A DNA stretch of 63,859 nt, counting the filler. It is 11 parts of 11 records of this genome, joined end to end, with 100 filler letters (N's around TTAATTAATTAA, not from the genome) between each part and the next. Parts side by side here need not be neighbours in the genome. Positions count along the whole stretch, not along the records: positions 7,561 to 14,570 come from SRR7504441_2057; positions 14,671 to 21,472 come from SRR7504441_2059; positions 21,573 to 27,309 come from SRR7504441_2060; 8 more parts are not named here. The stretch is one strand, 5' to 3'. Position 1 is the stretch's first letter, and each line of letters begins with the position of its first letter. Both the position numbers and the translations under genes were made by a program. This document shows, in pieces, positions 12,608 through 24,910 of the stretch. The notes beneath the pieces were generated by a model that had not been told where the DNA came from, did not search any database, and saw only the letters and a list, made by a program, of their open reading frames with translations.

Positions 12608-14570
12608 TCAAGCTCCCTGTTGCGCCTTGGCTTGTTTCAACTGCCTTGCGAGTTCCTTAGCCCGAGTGTTCATAATGTCCTGGAGCAAAATGAGTGAGAC
12701 ACTCACCATAGGCGACACTCAAGACTGAGCATGATAGAGGACAGAATTACCTGGGCAATCTTGATATCGGAGACATCTTTCTTGATATCCATGAAGTGAC
12801 TCTCGAGAGCAAGCATAGTGTCCAGTGTGGGATTCAGGGAGGACTTGTTCAGTGTCTTTACTCGTTGCCTCACGCGCTTGTGCCTGCGCCACAAGAAATT
12901 AGATAGAGCATTCGGAAAGCCACCGGGTGCATATGGCTGAAAAATCCAGATAGTCTTGTGTGGTAACACGATTTTTGCGTTCCATGCGGAGCAGCCGCCA
13001 CCAGTTCTGTCAAGAGCCATATTTGCTCATGTGTATGCATAAAATTCACCTGTATCAAAGTTGCGGCGTGTTTCTCCAGCATGTCTTTGCGTTTGCTGGT
13101 AGCAATGAATTTGAGCCCATACGTATCTTGTGGTTTCAACATAATCTGCGAGCAAAACGTCACAGAATGCTACTCAGACGAAACAGACCCCGTTGTGAAC
13201 CACGGCCAGAATCATTGCAAAGAAAAAGGTTCCGAGGATCAACGTGCAGATCTGGCCAGAGAGCTTAGCCACTTGGTCAGTGCCCATCACACACCTCCAT
13301 TACGTTGCTCCAGGCACTATCTGCTGGATACATGCTTACGCCCGTGGTGAGTAGCATGGCAGCTCCCCAGACAGCCTATGATCAAGGAAAGGTCAGGCCA
13401 ACCTCGTCTCAGTGCAGCCGAGTCACCTTAATATAGGTGAAGTCAGATTCTGTATCTGGGTCTTCCCGTGCACAGATATAGAGGCAGAAGCCCATGGAAA
13501 GACTGAGGCATGTGAACAACGCAGCCAGACAGGCCCCGGGGTGGCGATCGAATGTCATTCTCATGATCACTTCAGCATCAAAGGTGGGCCCACCCCGGTC
13601 TTGATAAGCTCGATCTGTGATGGCATGCCGCTCTTGGTACAGAGCGCTCGCATCACGGACCAGCTTGACAACCAAGTAGAGCCGCATGAACATGAACAGC
13701 CCAACCTGCCCAGCCGCTTCGTGCCCGGGGGCTCGGATGCCGGCTCACTTTATCATTCGACAAGAACGGAATGGGGTGGATCAGAATCACTGCAGCCTCT
13801 ATGAAGAAAGGAACCAATAGATTCAAGGGCCAGCCGTATTCAACAATTTCCTCGCCATATGGCTGATAGTACTTTCGCGAGATGTAGACCTGAGCCCAGC
13901 TGAGCCCAGACCAGCGGCGGGGCACCTCAAGCTGGTAGTAATCAAACAGGGCACAGACAGCCATGACAGTGGTCAGACCGATTCCAAACTTGAACGCGAT
14001 CGCCGAGTTGGAGCTTCCCTGCGGCAAGATTCAGCGTGCCAGTCAGCGGGGCTCTGGCTGACCTCGATCTCAAGAGTGTCGGAGTCCCAGTTGACGAGCA
14101 GGTGGATTATCATCAGCAGAACGCCCGTCATGCAGAGGGCAAACAAAATCAGGTTCTTAACTGCGGCAAACCAAGATTCAGTTGGACTGGCTTGGTGGGC
14201 ATTCTCACCACGCAGCCGATTGTCGAGCTTTTCAAACCAAAGGATCTTCATCTCGCTCCCACTGAATGTGCTCTGCTTCTTATGCCGACCTGTGGACACA
14301 TAAGGCTGCCAGGCCCTGAGAGGCGGCCGCGAATACCTTCTGGCTTGGCGGCTTTGATGGCCCGGTTCTCATCGATGTATTCAGTTTTGTCCACCTGCAG
14401 CAAGCGCGCTCACACCAGCTGCAGCAGGCACCCACCGGCTCTTCCTCATACACTTGGCCGCCATAATCATCATAGTACTCCCCCCCTTCCGCCGCGTATC
14501 TTTCATTGGCCTCGATCGCTTCCTCGGCCGTGAACACCTGGCAGCCGCTCGCGCCGCAGGAGGGGGGGGG
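12608..14570 (-). CDS. small-conductance Ca2+-activated (SK/KCNN-like) cation channel, 5'-partial
   Basis: S3 FFIEAAVILIHPIP, S4 FMFMRLYLVVK, S5 end YICARE, S6 ICTLILGTFFFAMILAVVHN, calmodulin-binding-like EKHAATLIQ and a C-terminal coiled coil. Confidence 0.75.
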
Positions 14571-15154
14571 NNNNNNNNNNNNNNNNNNNNNNNNNNNNNN
14601 NNNNNNNNNNNNNNTTAATTAATTAANNNNNNNNNNNNNNNNNNNNNNNNNNNNNNNNNNNNNNNNNNNNCTCGGACGTGGGGGCCTCGGACGTGGGGGC
14701 TTATTCAGTGCCCGGAAGAGTGGATGCAGCCCACGCGCATCCCCACCCGCCGTGCCTCCCTCGAGCAGGTCCTCGCGCGCCGCCTCCAACCTCTCGATCG
14801 CCACCGCGCCGGCCGCCGCATCCCTCGCGCCATCCGCCGGGGCCTGCGGCATCCCGAGCTCCCGTTGGTGCATCGGACCAGTCCGCCAAGGGGAGCGCAG
14901 CTCGTCCGGGCCGCGGGTGGGCGCTGATGTCCGAGGTTCGCCCGGGCCGGAGCCGACCGGCGGCTGGTCTTGTGTTAGTGCGGGTGTCCGAGAGCTGGTC
15001 ACGCCTCGATCGGCCGACCAACCCGCCTCGCCTACGGCTCGGCTTGGCTCGGCAGACCCGTTCTTGCGCTCGCTTGGAGGCATGTGTTGGCGTCTCTCCC
15101 AGGAAACCGAGCGTTTGTCCGTTTGAATCCGTTGAATCTCGGATTGTGCCAAGA

Positions 15155-15808
15155 ATGCCTCAGTTCATCGACGGCGGGCCGGTGTTTGAGATCGAGCTCC
15201 CGCCAGAGCGGCCCGAGCCGGCCTGCGCAGCCGCTCCAGCTCGCGCTCCAGCCACCAAGTCGCTCACAGCGCGGCAGCGGGGGGCAGTGGCCGCGGTGCG
15301 CGAGTGCCTGGTCACCCCTGTGACTGGGATGCCCGGTGCCGAGCGCCCAGGCCCGGCTAACCAAAGGGACAGCCGAGCAGCTGGGCGTGGGGCTCGCGGC
15401 ACTCGGACTGGAAGAGCCCGGGCCGGCTCTGCTGGACCAAGAGCCTGTCACCCAACAGCGGTTTGAAGCCGTAGTGGAGGCGGCGGCTCGGCCGGAGGTG
15501 GCAGACCGGCCCGGGTGGGAGGAGCCGGTCGGGCAGGACTGGAGGGCGGATGTGCTGGCCGGGCTCAGTCTGTGTGACCCGACGAGTGACGACCCGGTGC
15601 TGAGTGTGGAGAGGGTGGCTCGGCGATGTGGGTTGGGACTGACAGGGCATGGCAGGTGCGGGCTGCGCTGGCGGAATTTAGCATCGGGGAGTGGACCGAA
15701 GAGGACGCACGCTGGCTGTGCTATCAGATTAGCATGGAACCCGAGTTTAGAGCTCCAGCAAGTGCGGATTTAGTGGAAGAACTACAGCAAATGCGGCCAT
15801 TGTACTAA
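15155..15808 (+). CDS. hypothetical protein (two micro-introns)
   Basis: Three overlapping ORF pieces can be joined through GT-AG introns near 15311-15350 and 15615-15656; AT-rich sequence follows the stop. Confidence 0.45.
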
Positions 15809-16067
15809 TACTAGGAAATATACCTCTAATTTAGGAGTACGAGTATGAGTCTTCTCACAAAACCGTGCATGGCTTCCTTAGTCGCCCATCGTCGTCGTCG
15901 CTGTAGAGTGCCATGCATTATATAGACCATCTAGTCCATACTTCAAGATTCTTGGTGCATGCTACGTACGTACGTACGAGTAAGTAAAATGAGTAAAAAC
16001 AAAAAAATAAACGTTATAGATGTTCAAAGCAAGTGCTTGTTATAGTAATTAGTTTGTGGATTTTGTT

Positions 16068-17340
16068 TCACTTGTATTTGGTCTCCCACACAAACGGTTT
16101 AAAAGAGTGGAGGTCATCTGGATTACACTCCGCCACACTCAAGGACCCATCCTGTCGGGGCTTGTCAGTGTGCAATGACACTACGCAGGCATACCTTATC
16201 GGCACGGAGATAAAGCCCCTCCTCATTCATGAGTAGGAATTTCCCTGTAAAACGATAAATCAGACGGACCTAAGACAAAGCGTCACACGCACCGACTCCC
16301 TTGTGAACTGCTTTCCATTCATCAGCACATGGTCGAGGAAGGACACAGAGGCCAAGTCCGAATTCCCCTGCACGCGCATGCCTGATCAAATCAATACAAT
16401 TGCAGCGTGCACCCCGTAATATGCGCTTCTTGAATTTGAGAGAGAACGCCTCCTAACCACAGTACGTCAGCCCCATGGCCTGACTCCCAGCATTGTTACC
16501 CCCGGTCCTGAGCCAAACTTTGCATCTGGCGCGGTTATCTCCCACCACTTGGGCATTCCAAAAGCACAGTCAACACTATGTCGTTGCGCGTCCAAGTACC
16601 TTGAAGCAATCAAAGCGCTCAAAGAGCTGGCCAGGCACCGTTTATAGGGCCCGCGCATGGCCAGTTTCTTGCCAGGGGCTGGAAACTCTGGCGCATGGAC
16701 CAGCTCATCGAACTCCGGGCTCCTCTGGAGACGCTTTTGAGATCTTTCCTGCCATGTATCAGGTCAATGAGGTCAGGCTCTAGCTTGGCACTAGGATCAG
16801 ATCCTCTTCACGGCCCTTCATGTTCTTTCGGATGGCAATGTTTGTAGCCTGCACCGCAGTTAGCACAGAACTCGCTCAATGTTAAAAGCCTGGAGTACTG
16901 CCGGATGGTGTGGCGGTAAGTGCGCATATCTGATCCCCTTAGGATCAGCGCTGCTATCAGGAATGGATCAAACACCCTTCGAGGTAGTCCTCTCGTGTGC
17001 TTCCTGCAAGGTTCCCATCGTTACCTTCGTTGGCTGCAGTCAGCTGGTCGCCATGTATGCCACCCTCAGTGTTGGCTGCCCGCAGTCCGTCAGTCTATGA
17101 TAAGCAGCAGCGGTGGGGCGCCTGGTTTTGCGTAAACCTTCTCCCTGCCTTTGGAGAATGCATCGCCTGTCAGCACTCTCTCGCACCGGCAGCGCACGAG
17201 CCACCTTTGGCGTCGAAATACGCCATCGTGCGGGCCTCCTGCACTATGGCGCACCATGGGCAGAACATGTGCGCTATCAGATCGCCTGCCGGCCGGGCTC
17301 GGCTTCCCGGGCTGCTTGCCGACGTACCTGGTACAGCTGA
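16068..17340 (-). CDS. micro-intron-dense hypothetical protein with a PLAC8-like Cys motif at the N-terminus
   Basis: Manual splicing of about 10 introns gives GDLIAHMFCPWCAIVQEART...KFLLMNEEGLYLRADKDGSLSVAECNPDDLHSFKPFVWETKYK*. Confidence 0.5.
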
Positions 17341-17534
17341 GGCGCTGAGGTACCAACTGAAGGTACCAAGTTACGTAGGGCCACACGTAATAATGTTAGG
17401 ACCCTCACAATATCTAAGAGCTCAGCATAGGGTGCTGAAAACGATCAGAACCGTACAGAACATTAAATTTTTAAATAGAACTGATCTTTGGTGCGGCAAC
17501 AGCGAGAGGTCGACAATTTTAAGCTCGGCAGCGG

Positions 17535-18612
17535 TTAGTCGTCAGATCTCTTGGCAATCGCGGCTCTGAGCTCGTCGACCGTGTGTGTGCGTGCATACAA
17601 CAGCTCGGTGTGCCCAAAGTTGTGGTTATCAAAAACGAGCACCCTATCGATACCGATCTCCGGCTCGCACAGCGAGGCCAGCGTCTGGTATGTGTTCTGC
17701 CAGGCCTGGTGGCTGGTCCTGCCCGGCCCGTCAGCGGGCCCCAGCGCGTGGCCACTTGTTCCATCGGCCGATCATGTGCGCTCGGTTTTTCGCACGGTCG
17801 CTCGACTCCTTGTGCCCAACCACCAGCCCTACCAGGTCGACCTGGTACCCGTGCGAGTGGCACTTCTGGACGAACCGGACCATCGACTGGGTGTCTTTGG
17901 CCACCACCGGCCAGATTATGTTCTGTCTGTTGGAGAGGGCCTCAGCGAGCAGAGCCTTCTTAGCCGGCTTGGTGACCGGCTTGCAGTATTTGTCAAACAT
18001 GTCGCGGTAGCCCTTGCTCGGGTCCTTCATCACCGCCTCCTGCCAGCCCTGGTGCGCGTCCCGGATCAAATCGCCCTCCACCGCAACGTACTCGCTCAGC
18101 TCGATCCCGAAAAGCGTCTCCACCTGCACCGGCCCATCAGCCCGGCCGCCCGCCCAGGCCACCTGGGGCTGGATGGTCGACTTGCCGGCCGCCGGCACCC
18201 CCACCACGATCAGCACCCGCGGTTGGGCCTGTCCTCGCGGGGCATTCATGTTGCAGGCGATGCGCGCCTGCTGCTCCTCCGCCTGCCGGGCGCTCAGCCG
18301 GCTGCTGCTCCGGGGCCGGACCGGGGTGAGCGGGCGAGAGACGAGCGGGATGAGCTCCGGGGGTGTGTGCTCGTGCCAGACCCGCCCGGGCTCGGCCTCC
18401 TGGTTCTTGAAGTCCCACATGACGCCCTCGACCTGCATCGCGGCGCGCAGCCCGTCCAGATCGCGCAGCTCGGACTTGATCCCGTGGTACTGATAGACCT
18501 GCTCGTCCGTGATCCGGCTCTGCTCCAGCCCACACACGCCAACCCCCAGCCCCACACACGCCGCCGCCGCCCCGGGCAGCACACGTCTCAGCACCCGACC
18601 AGCTGCGGCCAT
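17535..18612 (-). CDS. zeta-toxin-like P-loop kinase with N-terminal targeting/TM segment
   Basis: Walker A VLIVVGVPAAGKST, VEGDLIR, GYQVDLVGLVV, RAKNRAHMIGR and VLVFDN. N-terminus MAAAGRVLRRVLPGAAAACVGLGVGVC. Introns near 18125-18163 and 17720-17756. Confidence 0.75.
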
Positions 18613-18714
18613 TTTCCAGCCCCCGGCAAAGGACTTGATTTTTCCAGCCAACAACACGGTCTGAGTCGAACGTCGCTCCATATTTAGAGTGTGCCAGTCG
18701 GTGCGACGACGACG

Positions 18715-20631
18715 ATGACGGGCTCTTCTATCGACGAGGAGGACTTTGCCGACTTCCTGGCCAAGGTGGAGAGCGTAGGTGCGTGGGTGTGGCCCAGGCC
18801 CGGCAGTCACCCGTGGCGGTGCAGACCAGGCCATCAAGGGGCTCAAGGACGGCTCGGTGAGCCTGGCGGATGTGGACGCCGAGCACTCCGAGTTGCTCGA
18901 GCTGGGCGCCTCCTCGGAGAAGCGGGAGCAGCAGCAGAAGGAGAAGCAGCTGCGCCGGCAGATCGACAAGCAGCCGTTGGCCACTCGGGAGGCCGCGATC
19001 GAGCGGGTCCAGCACGCCGAGCGGGTGGGCAACAAGGAGCTGATCCGACTGGCCGAGGACCAGCTGCGCGAGACCGAGCGGCGGCTGGCCAAGCAGCAGG
19101 AGCAGCAGCAGTGGCGCGAGGCCCGCACGGAGGTCGGCCGGCCGGGGCAGGGCCAGTCGAGCGCTGGGCAGGAGCTGCGCGAGGAATTCAAATTGTCGAA
19201 GCAGCGACAGGAGCGGTGGGACCTGTGGAAGGCGGCGCACCCCAAGTTTGCCAAGAAGTACGAGACCAACTACGAGGCCTGGGACAAGTGGGAGCCGACG
19301 CACGCGATCGAGGACCACCAGGACGAGCTTATGCCAGACTCGAGCTCCAGGCCGGAACTCAAGGTGACCCTCCTGCTGCCCAGGCTCAGGCCGGGCAGGC
19401 GATGGAGGAAGACATCGACAAGCGGGCCCGGGCGCGGCGGGCCCGGATCAAGGAGGGCAACGACCTCAAGGATGACGGGAACCGAGCGTTCAAGGAGCAG
19501 CGGTGGCTGCCAGGGGCCCCGGCCGGCTGAGAGGCTGGGCAGCTATCAGAACGCCATAGAGCTGTACGGGGCGGCGCTGAGCGTGACCCCGTGGCTGGTG
19601 TCGGCCTTCACCAACCGGGCGCTGGCCCAGCTTAAGCTGCAAAACTGGCGCGCGGCGGTCGACGACTGCAAGGAGGCGCTCGCAGTGGCCGACTACAACG
19701 ATGAGCCGCCCGCGAGCGAGCTGCGGCTCAAGGCAATGAAGCGGCAGGCAGCCGGGTACGAGGGGTTGGGCAAGTGGGCCAAGGCGGTCAGCACGCTGGA
19801 GGCGGCGCTTGAGCTGTGCGGCGGCGAGCACAAGGATCTGCAGAAGGAGCTCGCAGACACGAGCGCGCGCTGGGCGCAGTTCAAGGAGGAGCAGCGGCTG
19901 AGCGAGCAGCTGGCCGCCGAGCCGGAGAGCGGGCTCGGGCCGGTGGAGGCGGCGCTGGCGGAGCTGGCGGCCGGGAATGAGCCAGAGAAGCCACTTGAGC
20001 TGCTCGAGCTTCGGCTGGTAGGAGACCCGGAGGCCAGGGCGCTCTTCCACAAGGCTGGGGCCGGGCCGACGGTGCTCGGGCTGCTCGGCGGGGGGCGGGA
20101 CCGGCTGGGGCTCCGTGTGCTGCTCGGGGCCTGCCTCAACAGATTCAACATCGACCAGCTGCTTTCGGCCAAGCTAGCCGCCCGCAAGCTGATCGCTGCA
20201 GCCAACAGTGAGGCCCGGTTGGACGCGTTCCGACTGCTCGCCCTGATCGCCGAGGACGACGAGCCGGCCAGCCGGCGGGCGCTGTGCAGCGAGTGTGGGC
20301 TGGTAGGGCTGCTGGAGGCACAGCTCGAGGCACGCGAGCCCGAACTAAGACAGACTTCATCCAGGCGGCGGCCGGGCTGCTGTGCCTCGAGAACGAGCAG
20401 TTTGCGGGCAACTTGGCCATGCTCGTCTCCAGGCTGGCCGGCGCGATGCCCGAGCTGGGCCGGCTGGCCGGGTACGTGGAGCCTCTTGTGAGTATCATGC
20501 ACAAGACCAGCGGGGCCACCCAGAAGAACGCGGCCATCGCGTGTGCGCGGCTGGCGCGGCACCCAGCGCACTTGGATCGGATCCGCGAGCTGCACGGGAT
20601 AGAGATCATGTTTCACTACGTCAAGCCGTGA
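18715..20631 (+). CDS. TTC12: TTC12-like TPR/armadillo protein (axonemal dynein assembly factor family)
   Basis: N-terminal DFADFLAKVESVD; TPRs KDDGNRAFKEQRYQNAIELY and AFTNRALAQLKL; C-terminal QKNAAIACARLA...RIRELHGIEIM. Four micro-introns. Confidence 0.7.
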
Positions 20632-20885
20632 GGAGCCAACTAAGAGCCTGACCTAACTTACTATTTAGAATCTTGTGCGTGTAAAGCTCAATTGTACGCA
20701 ATATTTAGTGGCGTCAATATCTCGATTCACAATGCAAACATGTACGTACGCAATTAATGCATCACGTACGCAATATGTGTTAAGTTGGAAGCACCGCACT
20801 ATAATACGTACTCGTACTCGTACTCGTACGAGTACTACACAGTAAAGCAGCAAATCATGATGTTGAAATCAGCGCCTCCAGCCTG

Positions 20886-21446
20886 TCAGCTCGGCTTCTT
20901 CTTCTTCTGGGCCGCGATCCGTCGGCTAGTCCGCCGGGGCTGCTGCCCGGCGGCCGGGGCCTTCCTCTTGACAGCTTTGCTGCCGGGCTGCTGCTCCTGC
21001 TCCCACTCGCGCGTTGCCTCCGCCCGGAGCTGCGCCAGCATCGCCTGCACGATAATGCCGATCAGCATACGTGCGGAAATGTTTCGTGGCCACCTCGTGC
21101 TCGGCGTTCAGCTCGGCATTCCGCGGGTCGCCTGGAGCGCATCGGCGTCGGCCGGGCCGGTCGGCGGGCATCTGCACACCCAGTCGGCCAGGCCAGCCAG
21201 CCGGCGCACCTGGTGGCAGAACTTTCCTGCGAGCCGGCGCTTGACGTTGGCCTTGTACACTCTGTCCCAAGTGGCCTGCCGCTCCTCCGAGCTCTTGCCG
21301 CTGCCGTAGAACGAATGCAGGCTCTTCCCACCCCCCTTGCCTTTGCCCGGCATGTTACGGCTGGCAGATCGCGCCAACGGAAGCGTTTTGGTCAAGGCCG
21401 TCGGGCGTCGGCATTTGTTTCGTGACCACCTCGCTCGAGCCTCCAT
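20886..21446 (-). CDS. small basic hypothetical protein
   Basis: Joinable GC-rich exons ending RRTSRRIAAQKKKKPS*. No family recognised. Confidence 0.35.
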
Positions 21447-21572
21447 GCCTTGCCCGCACGGCCGGCAGCGCANNNNNNNNNNNNNNNNNNNNNNNNNNNN
21501 NNNNNNNNNNNNNNNNTTAATTAATTAANNNNNNNNNNNNNNNNNNNNNNNNNNNNNNNNNNNNNNNNNNNN

Positions 21573-21989
21573 CAAGGAGTAGCATATCGAGTGTGCTGGA
21601 GCGCTGGAGTGGGCTCTGTAGCGCAACAGGTTGCTGGTTTATCACTCTCTGTCTTAGACCCTGAGCAAATCAGCTGGAGCCCCAAAGCAGGACACGCTGG
21701 GAGTAGGACTACACTGTCGTTTAGCGGAGGGGTTGCCGAGGGTGATCTTATTGTGATGAAGCCCCAGGGGTGTGTTGGGGCTGCCACCATATCAACATCC
21801 AACACCTCGCTAGGCAAAACTGCCGTAGATTCAGCGCAACAAGTGAGAACGAGCGAGGATATGATACATTCGGCTGCATTGAGTGTTTGCCTTGCAACGA
21901 AACAATCAGGAGGACTCGTTGATACCGATTTCATTGAGATTCAAGGAGGTCCGTTTGTTCAATCTACGATCACTTGGTCGTTTGCCTAA
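21573..21989 (+). CDS. 3' end of a probable large beta-rich repetitive surface protein (partial)
   Basis: Open frame from the contig edge with YRVCWSAG and LSVCLAT-like repeat ends. Confidence 0.35.
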   Translation, partial: QGVAYRVCWSAGVGSVAQQVAGLSLSVLDPEQISWSPKAGHAGSRTTLSFSGGVAEGDLIVMKPQGCVGAATISTSNTSLGKTAVDSAQQVRTSEDMIHSAALSVCLATKQSGGLVDTDFIEIQGGPFVQSTITWSFA

Positions 21990-22249
21990 CGCCAGTAAAC
22001 GCCCGTCCACACATACTACACACATACACCATCCATCCATGCCATACTTAGAATTAAATAGACTAGTAGGTACAATGTCAGGAGAGTTTACTGCGTAAAA
22101 CTTTGTGACATTACTGTGTACTCGTAGAAGTCACGACCTATAGTGTGTGTACATATTAATCATATACATCACACACCACTCCAAAGTCGTTGCCCTTCCA
22201 CTTGGAACTGCACACACATGATACAATACACCACCGTTCCCGCTCTTCC

Positions 22250-24364
22250 TCACGCCACAACAAGTGCAGTCGGCTCCACCACAGCTGTGGCAGAAGCCAA
22301 CTCGGGCCCTTGCTCCAGCGGGCATGCAGCCAGCGCCGGCGCGTCCTTGACTCCCGCAGCTCCCCCGGCACCGGCCAGCTGCATTATGACTTGCTTTGCG
22401 TATTTAAAGCGCTTGACCAGCCCCGGCGAGCCTGTCTTTTCTATCGAGTGCAAGCCGTGTGTCTCGCAATTCAGCCCCTCCGCCGGGAAGTACGCCACGC
22501 GGCTGCCACTCCCGGCGAGCACAACCATCGACTGGTCAAAGAAGTTAACCTGCCCCCTCTGCTCGCGCCCGGCCGCTCACGGCCCAGCTACCTGATACAT
22601 CCGGTTGCTCAGCCGGAACACCACCGCATGCCGGGTCCGGACCCACTTTTTGACGTAGACCATTTGCTTTGTGGCGCTAGTTGCCCCTTGCACCGGCTCG
22701 AGCGCGCCCTCTGCGCTCTTGCCCTGCAGGTAGGTTGCAAAATGCTTGATCAGTGTCACTTTCTTGTGCAGCTCCTCCGGGTAATCGGCCACCGCGAACC
22801 GGAGCGCCTGGCCATCGTCCGGTCTTTCGCGCTTGCGGCCAATGTACTCGGCCCGGACACCGTCCGTCGACATGACGATCTTTGTCGTGTCGTTGAAGCA
22901 AGCCCCGCACGAGCTGTCAGCTAGCATGTAGCCCATCCCGTACTTATGCGAGTAGTCCACCCAATTGACCACCCACGACCCTCCCATCAGCTCGAGCAGC
23001 GCCGCCGAGTTCCGGGGCAGGCTGGAGCCGCTATAGCTCGCATCCCCAATCCGCATCGACTCAAACTGCTTGGGCAGCTCGTTTGAGACTACGTTCTCCC
23101 GGCGCGGCTCCCCGCGCACCCCGCGCTTGACGTCCTCCCGCGACTCCGGGTCCGGGTTAGTCAGCGGCCGCTTGCCCGGCTGGAAGACGCTCGGTCGCGG
23201 GCTCGGGCCGTTGAAGAACTGGTGCTCGAGCATCTGGTCCAGGCTGAGCCGCGACTGCGGGTCCTTCCTGAGAGTCTGTCCCCGGGCTCAGCCTGGCAAA
23301 GCAGACGAGCGGGGCACCTGTTGGATGATGCTCTGGGCGGCCAGGCTGATTGGGACCCTGTCGAGTGGGAAGCTAAAGTCGCAGGACTGGATCCGCTTAT
23401 ATGTCGACTTGACGTCTGCAGTCTCAAAGGGCGGGCGGCCAACTATCAGCGTGTAGATGACAACGCCGATCGACCACACGTCGGCCTGCCAATCGGTTCA
23501 GCCCGGGCCGAGCCGATGGGCTCACCTCGAAGCTATGCCCTTGCTGCCCCTGTCGTGACGTGAGCACCTCAGGCGCAATATAGTTTGGAGTGCCGCAGAT
23601 GGTCCTGCCCTCCAGGCTCAGCAATCCGTCTAGCCGGCCGGCGCACGTCTTGCGGTCGTCCACGTTCTCGAGCTGCGCGGCAAGCCCGAAGTCGCCGATC
23701 TTAAGCTGTCCCTGGTTGAGGAACAGGTTGCCAAGCTTCAGGTCGCTGCGAGCGTCGCGTGAGCAGCCAGCCAGTCCAGGCACGCACCGATGGATCACTT
23801 TCTGGTCACGCATGTACTTGCACCCAGCGATCACCTGGCGGATGTGCTGGACCACCTCCGGCTCGCACAGCCGCCGCCGAGCCTTGAGCAACTCCATTAA
23901 CGTCTGCCGTGCCGGTCAGGTCGGGTCGGGCGGGCCCGAGGCACCTGGTCCTCGCAGAGCTCGAGCAGCAGGTAGACCGCGGTGCTGTCCTCGAAGTACC
24001 GCTCGAACTTGACTATATTCGGGTGGCTGAGCCCTCTGTGGATCCGGATCTCGGTCATGAGCTGCCGCCCGTGTCGGCCCGGCCGCCAGCCCACAGCGCA
24101 CCTTCTGCTTAGCACGGGCCTTGGTGAGCGAGCTCTTCTGGACGATCTTCCCCGCGTACCGCCGGCCGCTCGCCAGATCGGTCAGCTCGTACACCCGGGC
24201 AAACCCGCCCTGCGCCCTGCGGTCGGCCGGGCTGGCCAAGGGAGGGGGGCGGGCACCTTGCCGAGTAGCCGGCCCTTGCGGTACCGCCGGTCGGGACCGG
24301 CCTCGCCGCCCAGCCGCTCGACGATGATCTCCTCCTGCTGCTCCTCCTGCGTGCATCCTGGCAT
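22250..24364 (-). CDS. PLK1: Polo-like kinase (eight introns of 40-47 nt)
   Basis: Spliced [54 protein letters not shown] and HSFEADVWS; polo boxes [16 protein letters not shown] and [24 protein letters not shown]. Confidence 0.95.
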
Positions 24365-24910
24365 GGTGCTCTCCTGGCCGTGTTGCCCGGGTGGTGACGG
24401 AGCTTCACAAAAACTCTTTGCCGCAGAATCATATTTTCAAAATCTCTAGAAAAACCGTCAAAGCGAAAAACGCCAGTTCCGTTTGCTGCAGCCTGAGCCT
24501 GCAGGTGCTTGGGATTGCGGGATTGATCAATGTGGGATGAGCTCGTCGCGGAAGCTCTCGCGTCGAAGGGGCCAGAGGGCGAGCTGGCCAAGGTCTAGGC
24601 TAGCTTTGAAGCCTTACCGTACAAGCGGCGAGCTCGCGAGCTCACGACAGGATTTGACGACGTTGACGAGCTGCGGCATCGTCCGACCGTCGAACTTCGT
24701 GTGCCTTGGAAGTTACCCTGGCCGCTGAGCACGGCTGGGTGATCCGGATGGACGATGCGAATTCCAAGGGGCGGCGCGCATTGTGATGAAGAACAAAATT
24801 TACTCGTAAGTACTGTGCTGTCTCGTGTTGATCGGCTCCTGATCGTCACTTCGCGATGATCGCGCAGGTGTGGTTCCTTTTTCTTTCGGTGAGATCCGCT
24901 TACCGGCAGC

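Noticed and set aside
16740-16810. Possible GA-AG non-canonical intron
   Set aside because: An in-phase GT donor 12 nt further on gives a normal 43-nt GT-AG intron.
17551-18687. Long antisense ORFs (378 aa here; similar ones at 27505, 36981, 42205 and 53663)
   Set aside because: Shadow ORFs expected opposite GC-rich genes; they contain no motifs.
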